A stretch of DNA of 63,008 nucleotides, the filler included, from Stramenopiles sp. TOSAG23-6 (lineage: Eukaryota): the NCBI GenBank assembly GCA_900128565.1. It is 19 parts of 19 records of this genome, joined end to end, with 100 filler letters (N's around TTAATTAATTAA, not from the genome) between each part and the next. Parts side by side here need not be neighbours in the genome. Positions count along the whole stretch, not along the records: positions 36,625 to 39,843 come from LT637608.1; positions 39,944 to 43,162 come from LT637609.1; positions 43,263 to 46,477 come from LT637610.1; positions 46,578 to 49,790 come from LT637611.1; 15 more parts are not named here. One strand, 5' to 3'. A model generated the notes under the pieces. It made no database searches. It was given only the letters and a program-made list of their open reading frames with translations, and was not told the DNA's origin. The position numbers were made by a program, and so were the translations under genes. Of this stretch, positions 37,847-49,790 are shown in pieces (position 1 is the first letter of the stretch; each line of letters opens with the position of its first letter).

Positions 37847-39620
37847 ATATATTAGCATCATCAGCCAGAAGATCCCCAAGAATACGTATAATGTTGCAAG
37901 CATCGAAATGATTTGGAGTCGTATCAGTACTACGTATAAAATGAGAATTATTTATTTTTTTGGGTAAATGATTACAAAAAGTCGTAATTTTTTTTCCCCA
38001 AAGTTCACTTGGGGATATTTGAGTAGTCCAAACCCGTAAAATCCCAATTTGAAGTAAGTAAGAGCAATTTGGTGTAACAAGAATTGTAGACAATTTCTTA
38101 TGCAAGTGTTGTAAAGCATAATATACATTTGTGGCTTCAACTGGTCCACATCCCCCAATATTTTGCATATACTATATTTTGGAAAAATATTTGAAAAAAA
38201 AAATTTTTTGTTAGGTATGAAATTTTTATAAAAAAAAAAAATTCTAAAAAAAAAAAAAATATTTACTAAAAAAAAAAAAAATAAAACATACATGACGATT
38301 CATTCCACCGAGTTTTTTTGGAAGATTTTGCAAAAGCTGAAGTCTTGCAGAGGTTGATGAACACATTTTGAGCATTGAAATCAAAACCCGAATCCCAACA
38401 ACACGTATCTTTGCTCTTACTTGGCGCTTATGTAACGCATGAAGGAATGCTCTTGGTGGCAGTTGGCATTGTAAAAATGATGTATTTTGGAAAAATATTT
38501 CAAAATTTTTTTTTTTAGTTTTTTAGTTTTTTAGTTTTTTAGTTTCAAAAAAAAAAAAAAAAAAAAAATCTTTTAGTTTTTTTAGTTTTCTATGAAAATT
38601 TACTATGAAAAAAAAAAAAATTTCAAAAAAATTAAAACATACATGTCAATGTATTGATTGACACTCTATGAATTGGTTGATAGCTAGTCTCCGATGTTGT
38701 TAAATATTGTTCTGAAAAAAAGTTACTTATTGGTCGAATAATTTTGGCAGAATTTTCGACGTCTTTTTCTGTGAAACATTTTGCATTTGTTTCATCTTTT
38801 TGTTTCCAACGATGCCAAATCTGTAGAAACGATAATAATTGTTTTGATTTATTGTCACGTAAGTTTTTACTCTTTGTATTATTATTATTATTATTATTAT
38901 TATCATTATTATTATTATCATCAAGTTTTTTACTCTTTGTATTATTATTATTGTTATCATTATTATCATCAATATTACTTTTTGTACTTTTTGTATTATT
39001 ATTATCATTATTATCATCAATATTACTTTTTGTACTTTTTGTACGTTTTGTACGTTTTGTACTTTTTGTATTGTCTTCATCATCAGGATTTGAATTCTCT
39101 TGATTACTCTGTTTATCCATCCATATTTCGAGGTTTTTTTGTAGTTGCCGTTCTACTGTTATAGTATTATATAAAGTTTTCTTTAACTCAACAGTATACA
39201 TTGGCTTCAGTTTTAGTAAAAGTAAACAGTTTTGTACAAGTGTCTCACCAAGAGGACTAAATTTAGAACTGCTTATTTTAGTCTTTTCATGGAATATGAA
39301 AAAATATTTCAAAATTTTTTTTTTTTTTTGGTTAGTAAAAAAAAAAAAAAAAATTCTTTTAGTTTAGGTATAAAATTTCATACCAAAAAAAAAATAAATA
39401 AATAAAAAAAATATTTCAAAAAAAAATGAAAATGTACAATATGAACCACAGAAGATAAAGTTAGTAACGCAAGATTGTTTTTTGTGACTCTTCTAACAAC
39501 GTCGAGTGCTGTCCACCATACCAAAATAATCGGTTCAATAAGTTTGCTTTGTTGTTTCTCGTCATCTAACTTTACAATTTGCATCGCAGTTGAAACAAGT
39601 CGGTTCATTTTTAGGATTAC
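37847..39620 (-). CDS. Internal exons of an unknown, possibly helical-repeat protein with an Asn-rich insert
   Basis: Several open exons delimited by family donors and acceptors; family not recognised. Confidence 0.45.
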
Positions 39621-40022
39621 ATGTATTTTGGATAAATATTTCAATTTTTTTTTTTTTTTTTGGTTAGTAAAAAAAAAAAAAAAAAAAAAAAATTTTTTTT
39701 AGGAAAAAAATTTCGTTTAAAAAAAAATTTTAAAAAAAAAATTAAAAAAAAAATTTTTTTTTAGGTATAAAATTTTTAAAAAAAAAAAAAAATTCTAAAA
39801 AAAAAAAAAAATATTTACTAAAAAAAAAAAAATAAAACATACANNNNNNNNNNNNNNNNNNNNNNNNNNNNNNNNNNNNNNNNNNNNTTAATTAATTAAN
39901 NNNNNNNNNNNNNNNNNNNNNNNNNNNNNNNNNNNNNNNNNNNATTTATTTTTTTTTTATAGTAAATTTTGTACCTAACAAATTTTCAATTTTTTTTTTT
40001 GAAATATTTTTCCAAAATACAT

Positions 40023-40711
40023 GGCTTCAATGGCAAAGTATTGGTGCACTGATTTGCAGAGTAAGATTGCAGATCATGTATTTTTTTATTATATTAATTA
40101 TTATTGCACCAAATTCAAATTTTGTTTATTTTTACAAAAAGAATTTTTGTTTTTCCCAAGAATTGTTTTTTGTTTATTTTAACAAAAAGAATTTTTGTTT
40201 TTCCCCAGAATTGTTTTTTGTTTATTTTTACAAAAAGAATTTTTGTTTTTCCCAAGAATTGTTTTTTTGACGTATTTTAAATGTAAAATATTTTAAACAG
40301 TATTTGGTGTTCAGTTGCATGGTGGATGTACGTTTTATTTTTTTTTCAAATTCGAATTTTTTTTTTATAAAAATTTTGTACCTAACGATTTTTTTTTTGA
40401 AATATTTTTCCAAAATACATGGGGATATATGACAGAATATCCTGTGTGTCGTGCTTTTGTTGATGCTAGGGTTCAGTCTATTTATGGTGGTGCAAATGAA
40501 ATTATGAAAGAATGTATGTTTGATTTTTTTTCAAATTCGAAATTTTTTTTCATACGAAATTTTGTACCTAACAAATTTTTCAAATTTTTTTTTTTACAAA
40601 AAAATCGAAATTTTTTTCATACGAAATTTTGTACCTAACAAATTTTTCAAATTTTTTTTTGAAATATTTTTCCAAAATGCATTAATTGCTAGGCCTATCA
40701 GAGAAGGATAG
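40023..40711 (+). CDS. Acyl-CoA dehydrogenase (LCAD-like) C-terminus. Introns 40078-40305, 40328-40420, 40514-40682
   Basis: Spliced ASMAKYW...VQLHGGWGYMTEYPVCRAFVDARVQSIYGGANEIMKELIAR. Confidence 0.92.
40328..40420 (+). other. Type example of the GT...AT intron family (93 nt)
   Basis: GGA T|GTACGTTTT...AATTTTGTACCTAAC...TTTGAAATATTTTTCCAAAATACAT|GG GGA restores HGGWGY; there is no AG anywhere in the intron. Confidence 0.88.
40514..40682 (+). other. GT...AT intron with a duplicated branch-point module
   Basis: GAA T|GTATGT...AAAATGCAT|TA ATT restores KELIAR; a +1 register shift creates TGA. Confidence 0.85.
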
Positions 40712-40926
40712 ACAAAAATGAGGAGCATAAAAATAAAAAAGTGAATAAATTTTCTTCAAATATTTTTTCTCTTACAATTTTTTTTTATTTTTAAAATTGA
40801 AATTATATTTTTTTTACTATGTAGTAGATACAACCAAAAAAGATGACACGTTCAACATTCATCATTGTATCATTGTATTTGCAACAATAAGTTTTAGATA
40901 TGTAATTTGGTACAAAACATCCATAC

Positions 40927-42500
40927 TTAATTTAAATCTTTTGAACCCTCAATCTTTTGAGCAATCGAAAGTTTAGGAATTCCTAAATGAAGTTTTTTTA
41001 AATGTTTGTTTGTTTTTTTTACCTTTTCTTGTGCTATTTTAAAACTATGTTTGGCCACTTTGAGATCATTTTTTGATTGTTGAGCATCTTTTTTGGCATT
41101 TTTTACATCTTCTATTGCCTTTTTAACATTATCTTCATTTGTTTTATGCTTCATTTCTATTGCCTTTTGAGCCGCATCTGCATCTTCCGCTTCTTTTAGT
41201 GCAGCTTCTCTACTTTCATTTGCTTTTAAAAATTCAGTTGGTGAAAGAGAAAGATTAATGTTAACTTCTGCTGCTTTTGCTTTCGCCGCAGCAGCCTTTG
41301 CTTTCGCCGCTGCAGCCTTTGCTTTGATTACTGCATCTTCAGTTGTTTTCGATTTCGCTTTTGTTACTGCATCTTCAGTTGCTTTCGATTGTGAATCATT
41401 TGAATCCTCTGCATCTTCAGTAGTTTTTAATGGATTCGACATTTTAGGAATTCCTAAATGAAGTTTTTTTAATTGTTTGTTTGTTTTTTTTACCTTTTCT
41501 TGTGCTATTTTAAAACTATGTTTGGCCACTTTGAGATCATTTTTTGATTGTTGAGCATCTTTTTTGGCATTTTTTACATCTTCTATTGCCTTTTTAACAT
41601 TATCTTCATTTGTTTTATGCTTCATTTCTATTGCCTTTTGAGCCGCATCTGCATCTTCCGCTTCTTTTAGTGCAGCTTCTCTACTTTCATTTGCTTTTAA
41701 AAATTCAGTTGGTGAAAGAGAAAGATTAATGTTAACTTCTGCTGCTTTTGCTTTCGCCGCAGCAGCCTTTGCTTTCGCCGCTGCAGCCTTTGCTTTAGAT
41801 ATTCCTATCCTCGCTTTTGCTACTGCGTCTTGATTTGCTTTTGCTTCTGCTGCTTTTGCTTTAGCTGTCGCATCGGCTTTTGCTTTTGCTTTAGCTGTCG
41901 CATCGGCTTTTGCTTCTGCTGCTTTTGCTTTAGCTGTCGCATCGGCTTTTGCTTCTGCTGCTTTTGCTTTGGCTATAGCATCTTCATTTGCTTTTGCTTC
42001 AGCTATCGCATCGGCTTTTGCTTTTGCTTTAGCTATCTCATCGGCTTTTGCTTCTGCTGCTTTTGCTTTGGCTATAGCATCTTCATTTGCTTTCTTTGGC
42101 TATAGCATCTTCATTTGCTTTTGCTTCAGCTGTCGCGTCGGCTTTTGCTTTTGCTTTAGCTATCGCATCGGCTTCTGCTTTTGCTTTAGCTATCGCATCG
42201 GCTTTTGCTTCTGCTGCTTTTGCTTTAGCTATCTCATCGGCTTTTGCTTGGGCTGCTTTTGCTTTGGCTATAGCATCTTCATTTGCTTTTGCTTCAGCTG
42301 TTTTTGCTTTAGCTATTATATCAGCTTTCACTTTAGCTGCATTTAGTTTACAAATTTGTTTTTTGCTATGCTTAGCAAGGTTCATTTTTATTGTATGCGC
42401 TTTTACTGTCGCTTTAACTGACTTTGTTTTGGTTACTGTATCATCATTTTCTATTCTAAAAGTCCTGTTTTCATCAATCAGACTATTTTTTACTTTTGTG
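40927..42500 (-). CDS. Ala/Lys-rich repetitive coiled-coil protein; apparent frameshift near 42090; start uncertain
   Basis: AKAKA..EAKA repeats and an internal 354-bp direct repeat. Confidence 0.6.
40972..41796. repeat. Near-perfect 354-bp direct repeat, period 471 bp (40972-41325 and 41443-41796)
   Basis: Direct sequence comparison; the period is a multiple of 3. Confidence 0.85.
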
Positions 42501-42704
42501 TAATTGCCTGTAATGTGATATATATATATATATAATAATAATTGATTAAATATTTGATGTGTGAATTATATATATATAAATGTTATACTTTATCAAGATG
42601 AAAAAATACTTTCAAATGTGTATAAAATATAGTACAATAAAACATAAAATTAGTAAAAAAATATGAAATACATTATTCAAATTATAATTTTAATACAATA
42701 TTCA

Positions 42705-43061
42705 TTAAATACTTTCCGAATATTTATCTGATGTTTCTGATGAACTAGAGGAAAACTGATTAAATAATGATGATGTTGTAGCAGATAATGAAGAATCTAT
42801 TGAAGAGTTTTCAATCTTTTCTTCTACAGTTTCACTTTTATCAATTTTATCAATTTGTTTAACAATATCAATTGTATCGCTATTTTCAAATGATTGAACG
42901 ACTTTAGTATTAGGGTTAGGGTTATCAATTGTATCGCTATTTTCAAATGATTGAACGATTTTAGTATTTTGCATAGCATTACCAACTTTGTTCCAAGCAT
43001 GAAGTAACTCTTCCCTAAATTCATTTTCTTTCTTTAAATCAGTCAATTCTTGTTGCATTTC
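42705..43061 (-). CDS. Terminal exon of an unknown protein
   Basis: Open frame after a CAATACAT acceptor. Confidence 0.45.
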   Translation of the reverse strand, partial: EMQQELTDLKKENEFREELLHAWNKVGNAMQNTKIVQSFENSDTIDNPNPNTKVVQSFENSDTIDIVKQIDKIDKSETVEEKIENSSIDSSLSATTSSLFNQFSSSSSETSDKYSESI

Positions 43062-43109
43062 ATGTATTGTACAAATATATATATATAAAAATATTTTTTG
43101 TTTAGATAT

Positions 43110-43162
<53 letters not shown>

Positions 43163-43262
43163 NNNNNNNNNNNNNNNNNNNNNNNNNNNNNNNNNNNNNN
43201 NNNNNNTTAATTAATTAANNNNNNNNNNNNNNNNNNNNNNNNNNNNNNNNNNNNNNNNNNNN

Positions 43263-43905
43263 CTTTGGTGTTGTCGATTCACATCTGGAATGTATCACTC
43301 AAGAGCAAATTGAAGACGCTGCTAATTTAGCTGGATGTCATGAGTTCATTTCTAAATTACCAAACAAATATAATACATTTGCCGGTGGATGCGGTGATGA
43401 ATTGAGTGGAGGGCAGAAACAGCGTATTTCGATAGCTCGCGCGATTATTCGAAAGCCCAAAATTCTAGTGCTGGATGAAGCGACATCATCTCTTGATGCT
43501 ATAAATGAGGCAAAAGTGCAGAAATCTCTTGAAAAGTGTATGGTTGGGAGAACTACAGTTGTTGTGGCACATCGATTATCGACAATAAAAAATGCAGACA
43601 AAATTATCGTTATTGAGGGTGGTCTCGTTGTTGAGACAGGAACTCATAAACATTTGTTGAAACAACGGGGCGCATACTTTCGACTTGTAAGTAAGCAGTC
43701 AAGCATACGTATTAATGATGATGAAGATATTCATGAAGATGAAAAAAGTAAAAGGCTGCAGCAAGTGATAACAAAACTCAAGCAAAGCAAAAAGCTGAAG
43801 CAAGTGATGAACAAAATGAAACACATGAGAAGAAGGGGAGAAGAAGAGTGTATTGAATGCATTGGAAGTAGTGTCGGTGAGATTGAAAGGAAGAAAAGTG
43901 GGTGA
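43263..43905 (+). CDS. ABCB-family ABC transporter, C-terminal nucleotide-binding domain, 5'-partial
   Basis: [34 protein letters not shown]. Confidence 0.92.
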
Positions 43906-44162
43906 GTATACACAAGGATATATATTGGTATACCAATATTCCCTTGGGTATACATATACCGTACATGTTGAACCAATTTATTTCAATAAAACATTCTATT
44001 GTATAGTAGCTAGGGTTAGGGCTTTTTGCTTCGTGACACATAATTTAATACTAAATTCTTCGAATTCTCTCCTCGAAAAGAATTTCATATTGTTTCATAT
44101 TAACCCTTTTTTACTTTCCAAGGGTTCCCAGCACTTTTCGGTCGATTGATTATAACACTACG

Positions 44163-44897
44163 ATGGAAGCTTTTTCAAAAACCTCAAAGAAAGCAGGCAT
44201 CAAAGCTTTAAAAGACTTGCCAGAGCTAGTGAATGCTGCCAGTGCTTTTTCAGCTCAGCTAGAGAAGACACATGAACAGGTACATGTCGAAGCAGTTAAA
44301 GCTGCTAAGAAAACATCTGTTGATGGTTCTGCTAATGATATGTTATCCAAACTTCTTGTTACTGTACAAGGGCAACTTGTTGTCACAATATCACACTTGG
44401 AACTCATCATGAGGTGGATCAAGTTGAATATTCCAACAATGGAAGATGGTGGAAACTTTGGTGCGGATGTTCAGGGTGCTGCGTTGAAAGCGGTTGTCGA
44501 AGCTCACAAAGTTCTTGATACCCACCTGGCTAGTCTTCCTGATTATCACAAAGATCGTTTTGCTGCTCTAAAGGATAGCCGTAAGGTGACTCAGAGTAAA
44601 GTAACAAAGACAAGTCAAAGTACAACTTCAACCACTGGGGGAAAGGCAGAGGATGCAGGAGACAAGACTGTCAAAAGTAAATCTGTTGACACCACTGATA
44701 CGGAGGCAGCTATTTTCGAAGATGCATTCGCCTTTGTGGTTGCCACTGATACAAAATGGTTCTATAAACTGAGGTCTATTGCTGTGGTTAATCTTGACAC
44801 ACTTGCATTTGTTTGTGACGTCGTGAACAAAAATATCCAAAAGATAAAAAATCCAAGAGGTACTGGTTCGCGCGGAGGTGGTCAATATACTTACTAA
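44163..44897 (+). CDS. Proteasome activator PA28/11S-family subunit
   Basis: WIKLNIPTMEDGGNFGADVQ activation loop; C-terminal KIKNPRG...Y. Confidence 0.85.
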   Translation: MEAFSKTSKKAGIKALKDLPELVNAASAFSAQLEKTHEQVHVEAVKAAKKTSVDGSANDMLSKLLVTVQGQLVVTISHLELIMRWIKLNIPTMEDGGNFGADVQGAALKAVVEAHKVLDTHLASLPDYHKDRFAALKDSRKVTQSKVTKTSQSTTSTTGGKAEDAGDKTVKSKSVDTTDTEAAIFEDAFAFVVATDTKWFYKLRSIAVVNLDTLAFVCDVVNKNIQKIKNPRGTGSRGGGQYTY

Positions 44898-45115
44898 ATC
44901 GGAACACATATAGTTTATCTTCACTGATGTATCAAGTTTATTAATGGAAATTAATGCCACTTAATTCAAAAAATAAAACAAAAAGACAAAATAAGAGTTT
45001 CAGATTTCAATCTTATGTTTTCGCATAATGTTAGAAATTATTCAAATGCCACAAATAACTTTTACGTATAAATGTTCATTTTATACTTCCCAATTTTACA
45101 CTTTGTTGCTATTGT

Positions 45116-45709
45116 TTAGAGTTCTTCGTTATCATCGGATAATTGACCAGACTTTGTGATGGTTACAGTCTTCGAAGTTTTTCCAGATTGGGAACCAACT
45201 CCTTCTACAGCATCAACAACACTTTCGCCCTCAATAACTTTTCCAAAGACAACATGGCGGCCATCGAGCCATGGTGTTTTTACTGTGGTAAGAAAAAATT
45301 GGGAACCATTTGTGTTTGGACCAGCGTTGGCCATAGAAAGCATGTACTTGGTACTGTGCTTGAGTTGGAAGTTTTCATCTGCGAACTTTTCTCCGTAGAT
45401 TGATTCCCCTCCAGTGCCATTACCTCTTGTAAAATCACCACCTTGAATCATAAAGTTAGGAATTACACGATGGAATGTACTGCCTTGGTAATGGAGTGGT
45501 TTGCCACTGACGCCATTTCCTTTTTCACCAGTGCAGAGAGCACGGAAATTCTCGACAGTTTTTGGAACGACGTCACCATAAAGCCCCATTACAATGCGAC
45601 CTGCTTCTTTTCCATCAAGAGCCACATCGAAGAAGACTTTGTGAGTCACCTTTGGTGCAGCGAAAGCACATCCAAAAAGAGTAAAAACTGTAAAGAAAGA
45701 GAGCTTCAT
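45116..45709 (-). CDS. PPIB: ER cyclophilin (peptidyl-prolyl isomerase B-like)
   Basis: Signal peptide, [41 protein letters not shown]-terminal NEEL. Confidence 0.93.
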   Translation of the reverse strand: MKLSFFTVFTLFGCAFAAPKVTHKVFFDVALDGKEAGRIVMGLYGDVVPKTVENFRALCTGEKGNGVSGKPLHYQGSTFHRVIPNFMIQGGDFTRGNGTGGESIYGEKFADENFQLKHSTKYMLSMANAGPNTNGSQFFLTTVKTPWLDGRHVVFGKVIEGESVVDAVEGVGSQSGKTSKTVTITKSGQLSDDNEEL

Positions 45710-46015
45710 TTTACTTTGGTTGATTAATATTTTTCTCCACGTTGTTCGGAAGTTTGCATCGAAGTCGAAGAGGCGTCGAAAAGAGGCGAGAAAATTGTAT
45801 TTCGATTTTTGACGTTTTTGACCACTAAAATAATTTTCGAAAAACGAATTTCTTAATTTAGCCGCTAGTCAAACCGTTGATTTGATGATTGAAAAAAAAA
45901 AACGTATAAAAATGAGCTTTTTTTTTACAATGCCATGATAAAAACATTTGCTTTGGTATTGGTGTAGAGCACACTCTCCCCCTAGTTTTTCTATTTAGAT
46001 CAATTATACAAAAAC

Positions 46016-46477
46016 ATGAGTGTATCTGATGGAGATTTGCTTTCATCGGAAGTGTCACGGCTTTTTTTAGGTGCCTCATCGCATCCACCAGTGAAATCTG
46101 CTGTCCGGCGTCTATTCCAACTTGCCTCAACAGGGAAGCTAGAAACTGTACCACTTACACCGGAAATATACAGTTACATGGTAGGAACATTGACTGCTGT
46201 ATGGCCTACTAAAGATGAAGATACAGTGTTAAAGGCGTTACACGTTGTCAACACTGTAGTATCTTTTTTGATCCTAGTGTTGCAGTCGACGCTGGTTTTG
46301 ATACAGATTTCTCTAGCATTCTTATTCGCCACTGTCTTATACCTGTTTCGCCAAGCCATTTACTTCCCACTACTACATTACTCCGTACTATGTACACTTT
46401 ATTTACGACAATTCGGTCTATTATACGACAGCAGATAGGTGGTACATTTCATTATTTTCTTCATTTAGAGAGTAAAA
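46016..46477 (+). CDS. Possible PP2A B56-like protein fragment with a frameshift in the T-run near 46264-46269
   Basis: The alternative frame after the T-run reads LLRTMYTLFTTIRSIIRQQIGGTFHYFL, similar to the B56 L..IY..F...R..IR..I...F..F pattern. Confidence 0.35.
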
Positions 46478-46577
46478 NNNNNNNNNNNNNNNNNNNNNNN
46501 NNNNNNNNNNNNNNNNNNNNNTTAATTAATTAANNNNNNNNNNNNNNNNNNNNNNNNNNNNNNNNNNNNNNNNNNNN

Positions 46578-47158
46578 ATGAGGAAAAAACAGTTAATCTT
46601 GGTGGATTACAAGATTTGTTAGTTGAAGATGACAGTGTTGTTGATGACAATGATGAAAATGAGGAAAAAACAGTTAGTCTTGGTGGATTACAAGATTTGT
46701 TAGTTGAAGAGGACAGTGTTGTTGATGACAATGATGAGAATGAGGAAAAAACAGTTAGTCTTGGTGGATTACAAGATTTGTTAGTTGAAGNNNNNNNNNN
46801 NNNNNNNNNNNNNNNNNNNNNNNNNNNNNNNNNNNNNNNNNNNNNNNNNNNNNNNNNNNNNNNNNNNNNNNNNNNNNNNNNNNNNNNNNNNNNNNNNNNN
46901 NNNNNNNNNNNNNNNNNNNNNNNNNNNNNNNNNNNNNNNNNNNNNATGAGGAAAAAACAGTTAATCTTGGTGGATTACAAGATTTGTTAGTTGAAGATGA
47001 CAGTGTTGTTGATGACAATGATGAAAATGAGGAAAAAACAGTTAGTCTTGGTGGATTACAAGATTTGTTAGTTGAAGAGGACAGTGTTGTTGATGACAAT
47101 GATGAGAATGAGGAAAAAACAGTTAGTCTTGGTGGATTACAAGATTTGTTAGTTGAAG
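46578..47158 (+). repeat. 81-bp coding tandem repeat (EEKTVSLGGLQDLLVEEDSVVDDNDEN)
   Basis: At least 5 visible copies on either side of an internal gap. Confidence 0.85.
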
Positions 47159-48635
47159 GATTGAAATAGGCGAAAAGTCGACAAATTTAGATTTGGAGTA
47201 CGATACAGACGACGAAGCAACTGCAAACTCATTTCATGATACTATGAATGTCGATAAAAATTATCTGCTTAATCGTCTTAGTGACAATGTTGAAAAACAA
47301 GATGTTATTGAAAATGTTTTACCTGCCGTCGTTGTCGAAGTAAAAGAATCCACAAAAATTAAAAGTACGAGTCAAAAAAAGAGTAGTCTTGATATTCTTC
47401 GTGCAAAGATGAATAGTTTGAAGAATCAAAGTAAAGTTAGTGTGAATATTACAACAAAAGTTAACACGTCATCGAATAATGTCCTAAATGAAGAAATATT
47501 AAGTGAATCATTGCATGTACCTCAGCCAATAGTTGATAAGATTCAACTTGCGAGAGAAAGTCAAAGAGCTCTTATTAATGAGCGAAAGAGAAAGCGTTTG
47601 GAAGAATTATCTCAGGCTGTTGAAGATAAACATGGAGCAGATGCTGTAATACATGTTGCAAAGAAACAAAAGAATGAAGATTGCAATACTGCTGATGAAA
47701 TTGTATTTAATATTAGTCAAGATATTAGCTTAAACGAAAGTAATATATCCTCCGTATCTCCATCGTCTGATCGTCGGCGCACATCATTTGGTGAAGATGC
47801 AGCTTCCAAACTAGCAGCAAAAGCTAGAGCAGAGAAGAAACGTCGTGAAACTCTTGACGGTTTGGAATCTTTTGTAGGTCTTCAAAATATGGACGAATGT
47901 GAAGAAGACGAACTCTCCGATGATGACATTGTTCAGCTTAATAATGTTGAAAAAGTGATGAATGATAATAACGATCTTGCACGTGAAGAAAAGTGCGATA
48001 ATGTTGAAAAAGTGGTGAATGATAATAACGATCTTGCACGTGAAGAAAAGTGTGATAATTTTGAGCAGGAAATTACTACTAGTACAAATGCAGCGAATGG
48101 ATGGAAAAAATGTGAAAATAATATATACTCATTTCAACATACAAATGGAGTCCAACACATCATTGATACTAAAAAAGATATTTGGTCAATCCAGCGAGTT
48201 GATTCTTCTAATGATAAACTTGGATTTTTTAATCATTTGATCGATGAAGCTGAGAAACTTCAAGTAAATTTGGACATATCAGCTCTGCAGAATCATTTAG
48301 AAATGTTGTCTCAGGCATTTACAAGAGCTAAAATTCTTTCAAAAGCTGTTTCTGATGCCCAGTCATACACAAAAGGGCGTATAGAGGGAACAATATATGC
48401 TGATAATGAAGGCCTTACAATTGCTGCATCTTCTAGAGAACATTTTAAGCGATGTGCCGTTGCTTTAAAGTTTAACATTTTATCGTCATCTATAATTCCT
48501 GAATTTGAAGTGGAGCATTGTTTGGGTTATGATGAAGATGAGATAAAGAACATTGTTTCTTCCACTCTCATCTCACAAACTGAAATATCAAACGTTGTGC
48601 AAGCTGTGCGAGATGCTATTGTAAATCTAGAGTAA
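46578..48635 (+). CDS. Acidic-repeat protein, 5'-partial, with a frame break near 47160; possibly KNL1/Spc105-like
   Basis: Tandem acidic TVxLxxLxDLL repeats followed by a 480-aa ORF with coiled coil and globular tail. Confidence 0.5.
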
Positions 48636-49071
48636 TGGAATTGTAGACTTGTGTCACGATATGTGTGTAGTATACCCAATACAAAAGTATTGTATACGTA
48701 TTTATGAACATACTTTAGTGCATACAAAGGGCCATAGAAAATGCTGATATATATTCGAAATCTGTAACTAATGCATGCATTTATAATACAGTGTATTCTT
48801 CATTTTATAATCATTATCAAATGAATTACAGTAAAAAATAATAAGACTAATCGAAATGTTTGTATACTTTTACTTTCTTTCAAATCAATATACACAGCAA
48901 AGAACCACACTTACAGGTAAAAGTTGTCATGCCTAATAATGAAAAATTCATAAAAACATACCAACAACATTTTTAGNNNNNNNNNNNNNNNNNNNNNNNN
49001 NNNNNNNNNNNNNNNNNNNNNNNNNNNNNNNNNNNNNNNNNNNNNNNNNNNNNNNNNNNNNNNNNNNNNNN

Positions 49072-49790
49072 CGCCGCTCCAATAAATTCCAGTCAATACC
49101 AGTGAACCATCGATGATTTTTTACAGCGTTACCTCCCTCAATTCCGCAACCTAAACGTAAACCGGGATTAGGATTTAAAAGTTTTGTAATTAATTCCTTC
49201 GCAGCTTTTGGGAAACCACGCGGAAACATTAAAACACGCTGACTTTTACTGATCTTTTCAAACATTCGTTGTTGGTCAGGATCAGCAAATGGTGTAACTT
49301 CTACCATTAATTCATAACAAAGTACACCAAATGCCCAATAATCTGCTCCTTTATTATGACCACGTGCACAGACTAACTCTGGTGCCAAATACTCAGGTGT
49401 ACCACATAGTGTATGAGATTTCTCTCCCGGGCGAAGACGTTTTGCAAACCCAAAATCGACAATCTTCAAATATCCTCTTCGGTCAATCAATAAATTTTCA
49501 GGTTTCAGGTCCCGGTACACATAATCTTGTGAGTGAATATATACAAGAGCAGTAATAACCGTACACGCATACATACGTGCAGTATTCTCTTCAAATCCAC
49601 CAAACATAGTTCGCTTCAATTTTCGACTTTGGTAAATCAGTGACCACAATTCACCACCTTGAACTATTTCAAGAAAAACATATATTTGGTCAGGATCTTG
49701 CCAAGTACCATATTGAGTGACAACAAAAGGGTGATTGAGATGAGCTAGGGAATTCTTTTCATTCATAACATTTTTTACTTGTTTTTGTGC
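49072..49790 (-). CDS. AGC kinase catalytic domain (PKG/PKA-like), partial
   Basis: VQGGELW, YRDLKPENLL, DFGFAK, TLCGTPEYLAPE, GHNKGADYWAFG. Confidence 0.92.

Noticed and set aside
38727-39164. Poly-Ile, poly-Leu and poly-Tyr ORFs here, and similar ORFs at 41830-42503 and 51474-51802
   Set aside because: Alternative-frame or antisense readings of Asn-rich, Ala/Lys-rich and NQNV coding repeats.
40326-40418. Reading the introns as U12-type AT-AC introns (ATGTAY...AATAC)
   Set aside because: Possible only where AT is duplicated. That register breaks conserved Gly codons at 691-800 and 7873-7966, and the U12 donor RTATCCT and branch TCCTTAAC are absent.
40327-40419. Reading the elements as TG...CA-ended (LTR-like) insertions
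   Set aside because: The -1 register fails at 691-800 and 7873-7966; elements are about 100 nt with no LTR or coding capacity.
40315-40711. Many short ORFs sharing peptides such as FFIRNFVPN, YEILYLT, EIFFQNT, VRYKISYEK as a protein family
   Set aside because: These are translations of the intron consensus in different frames and strands, not proteins.
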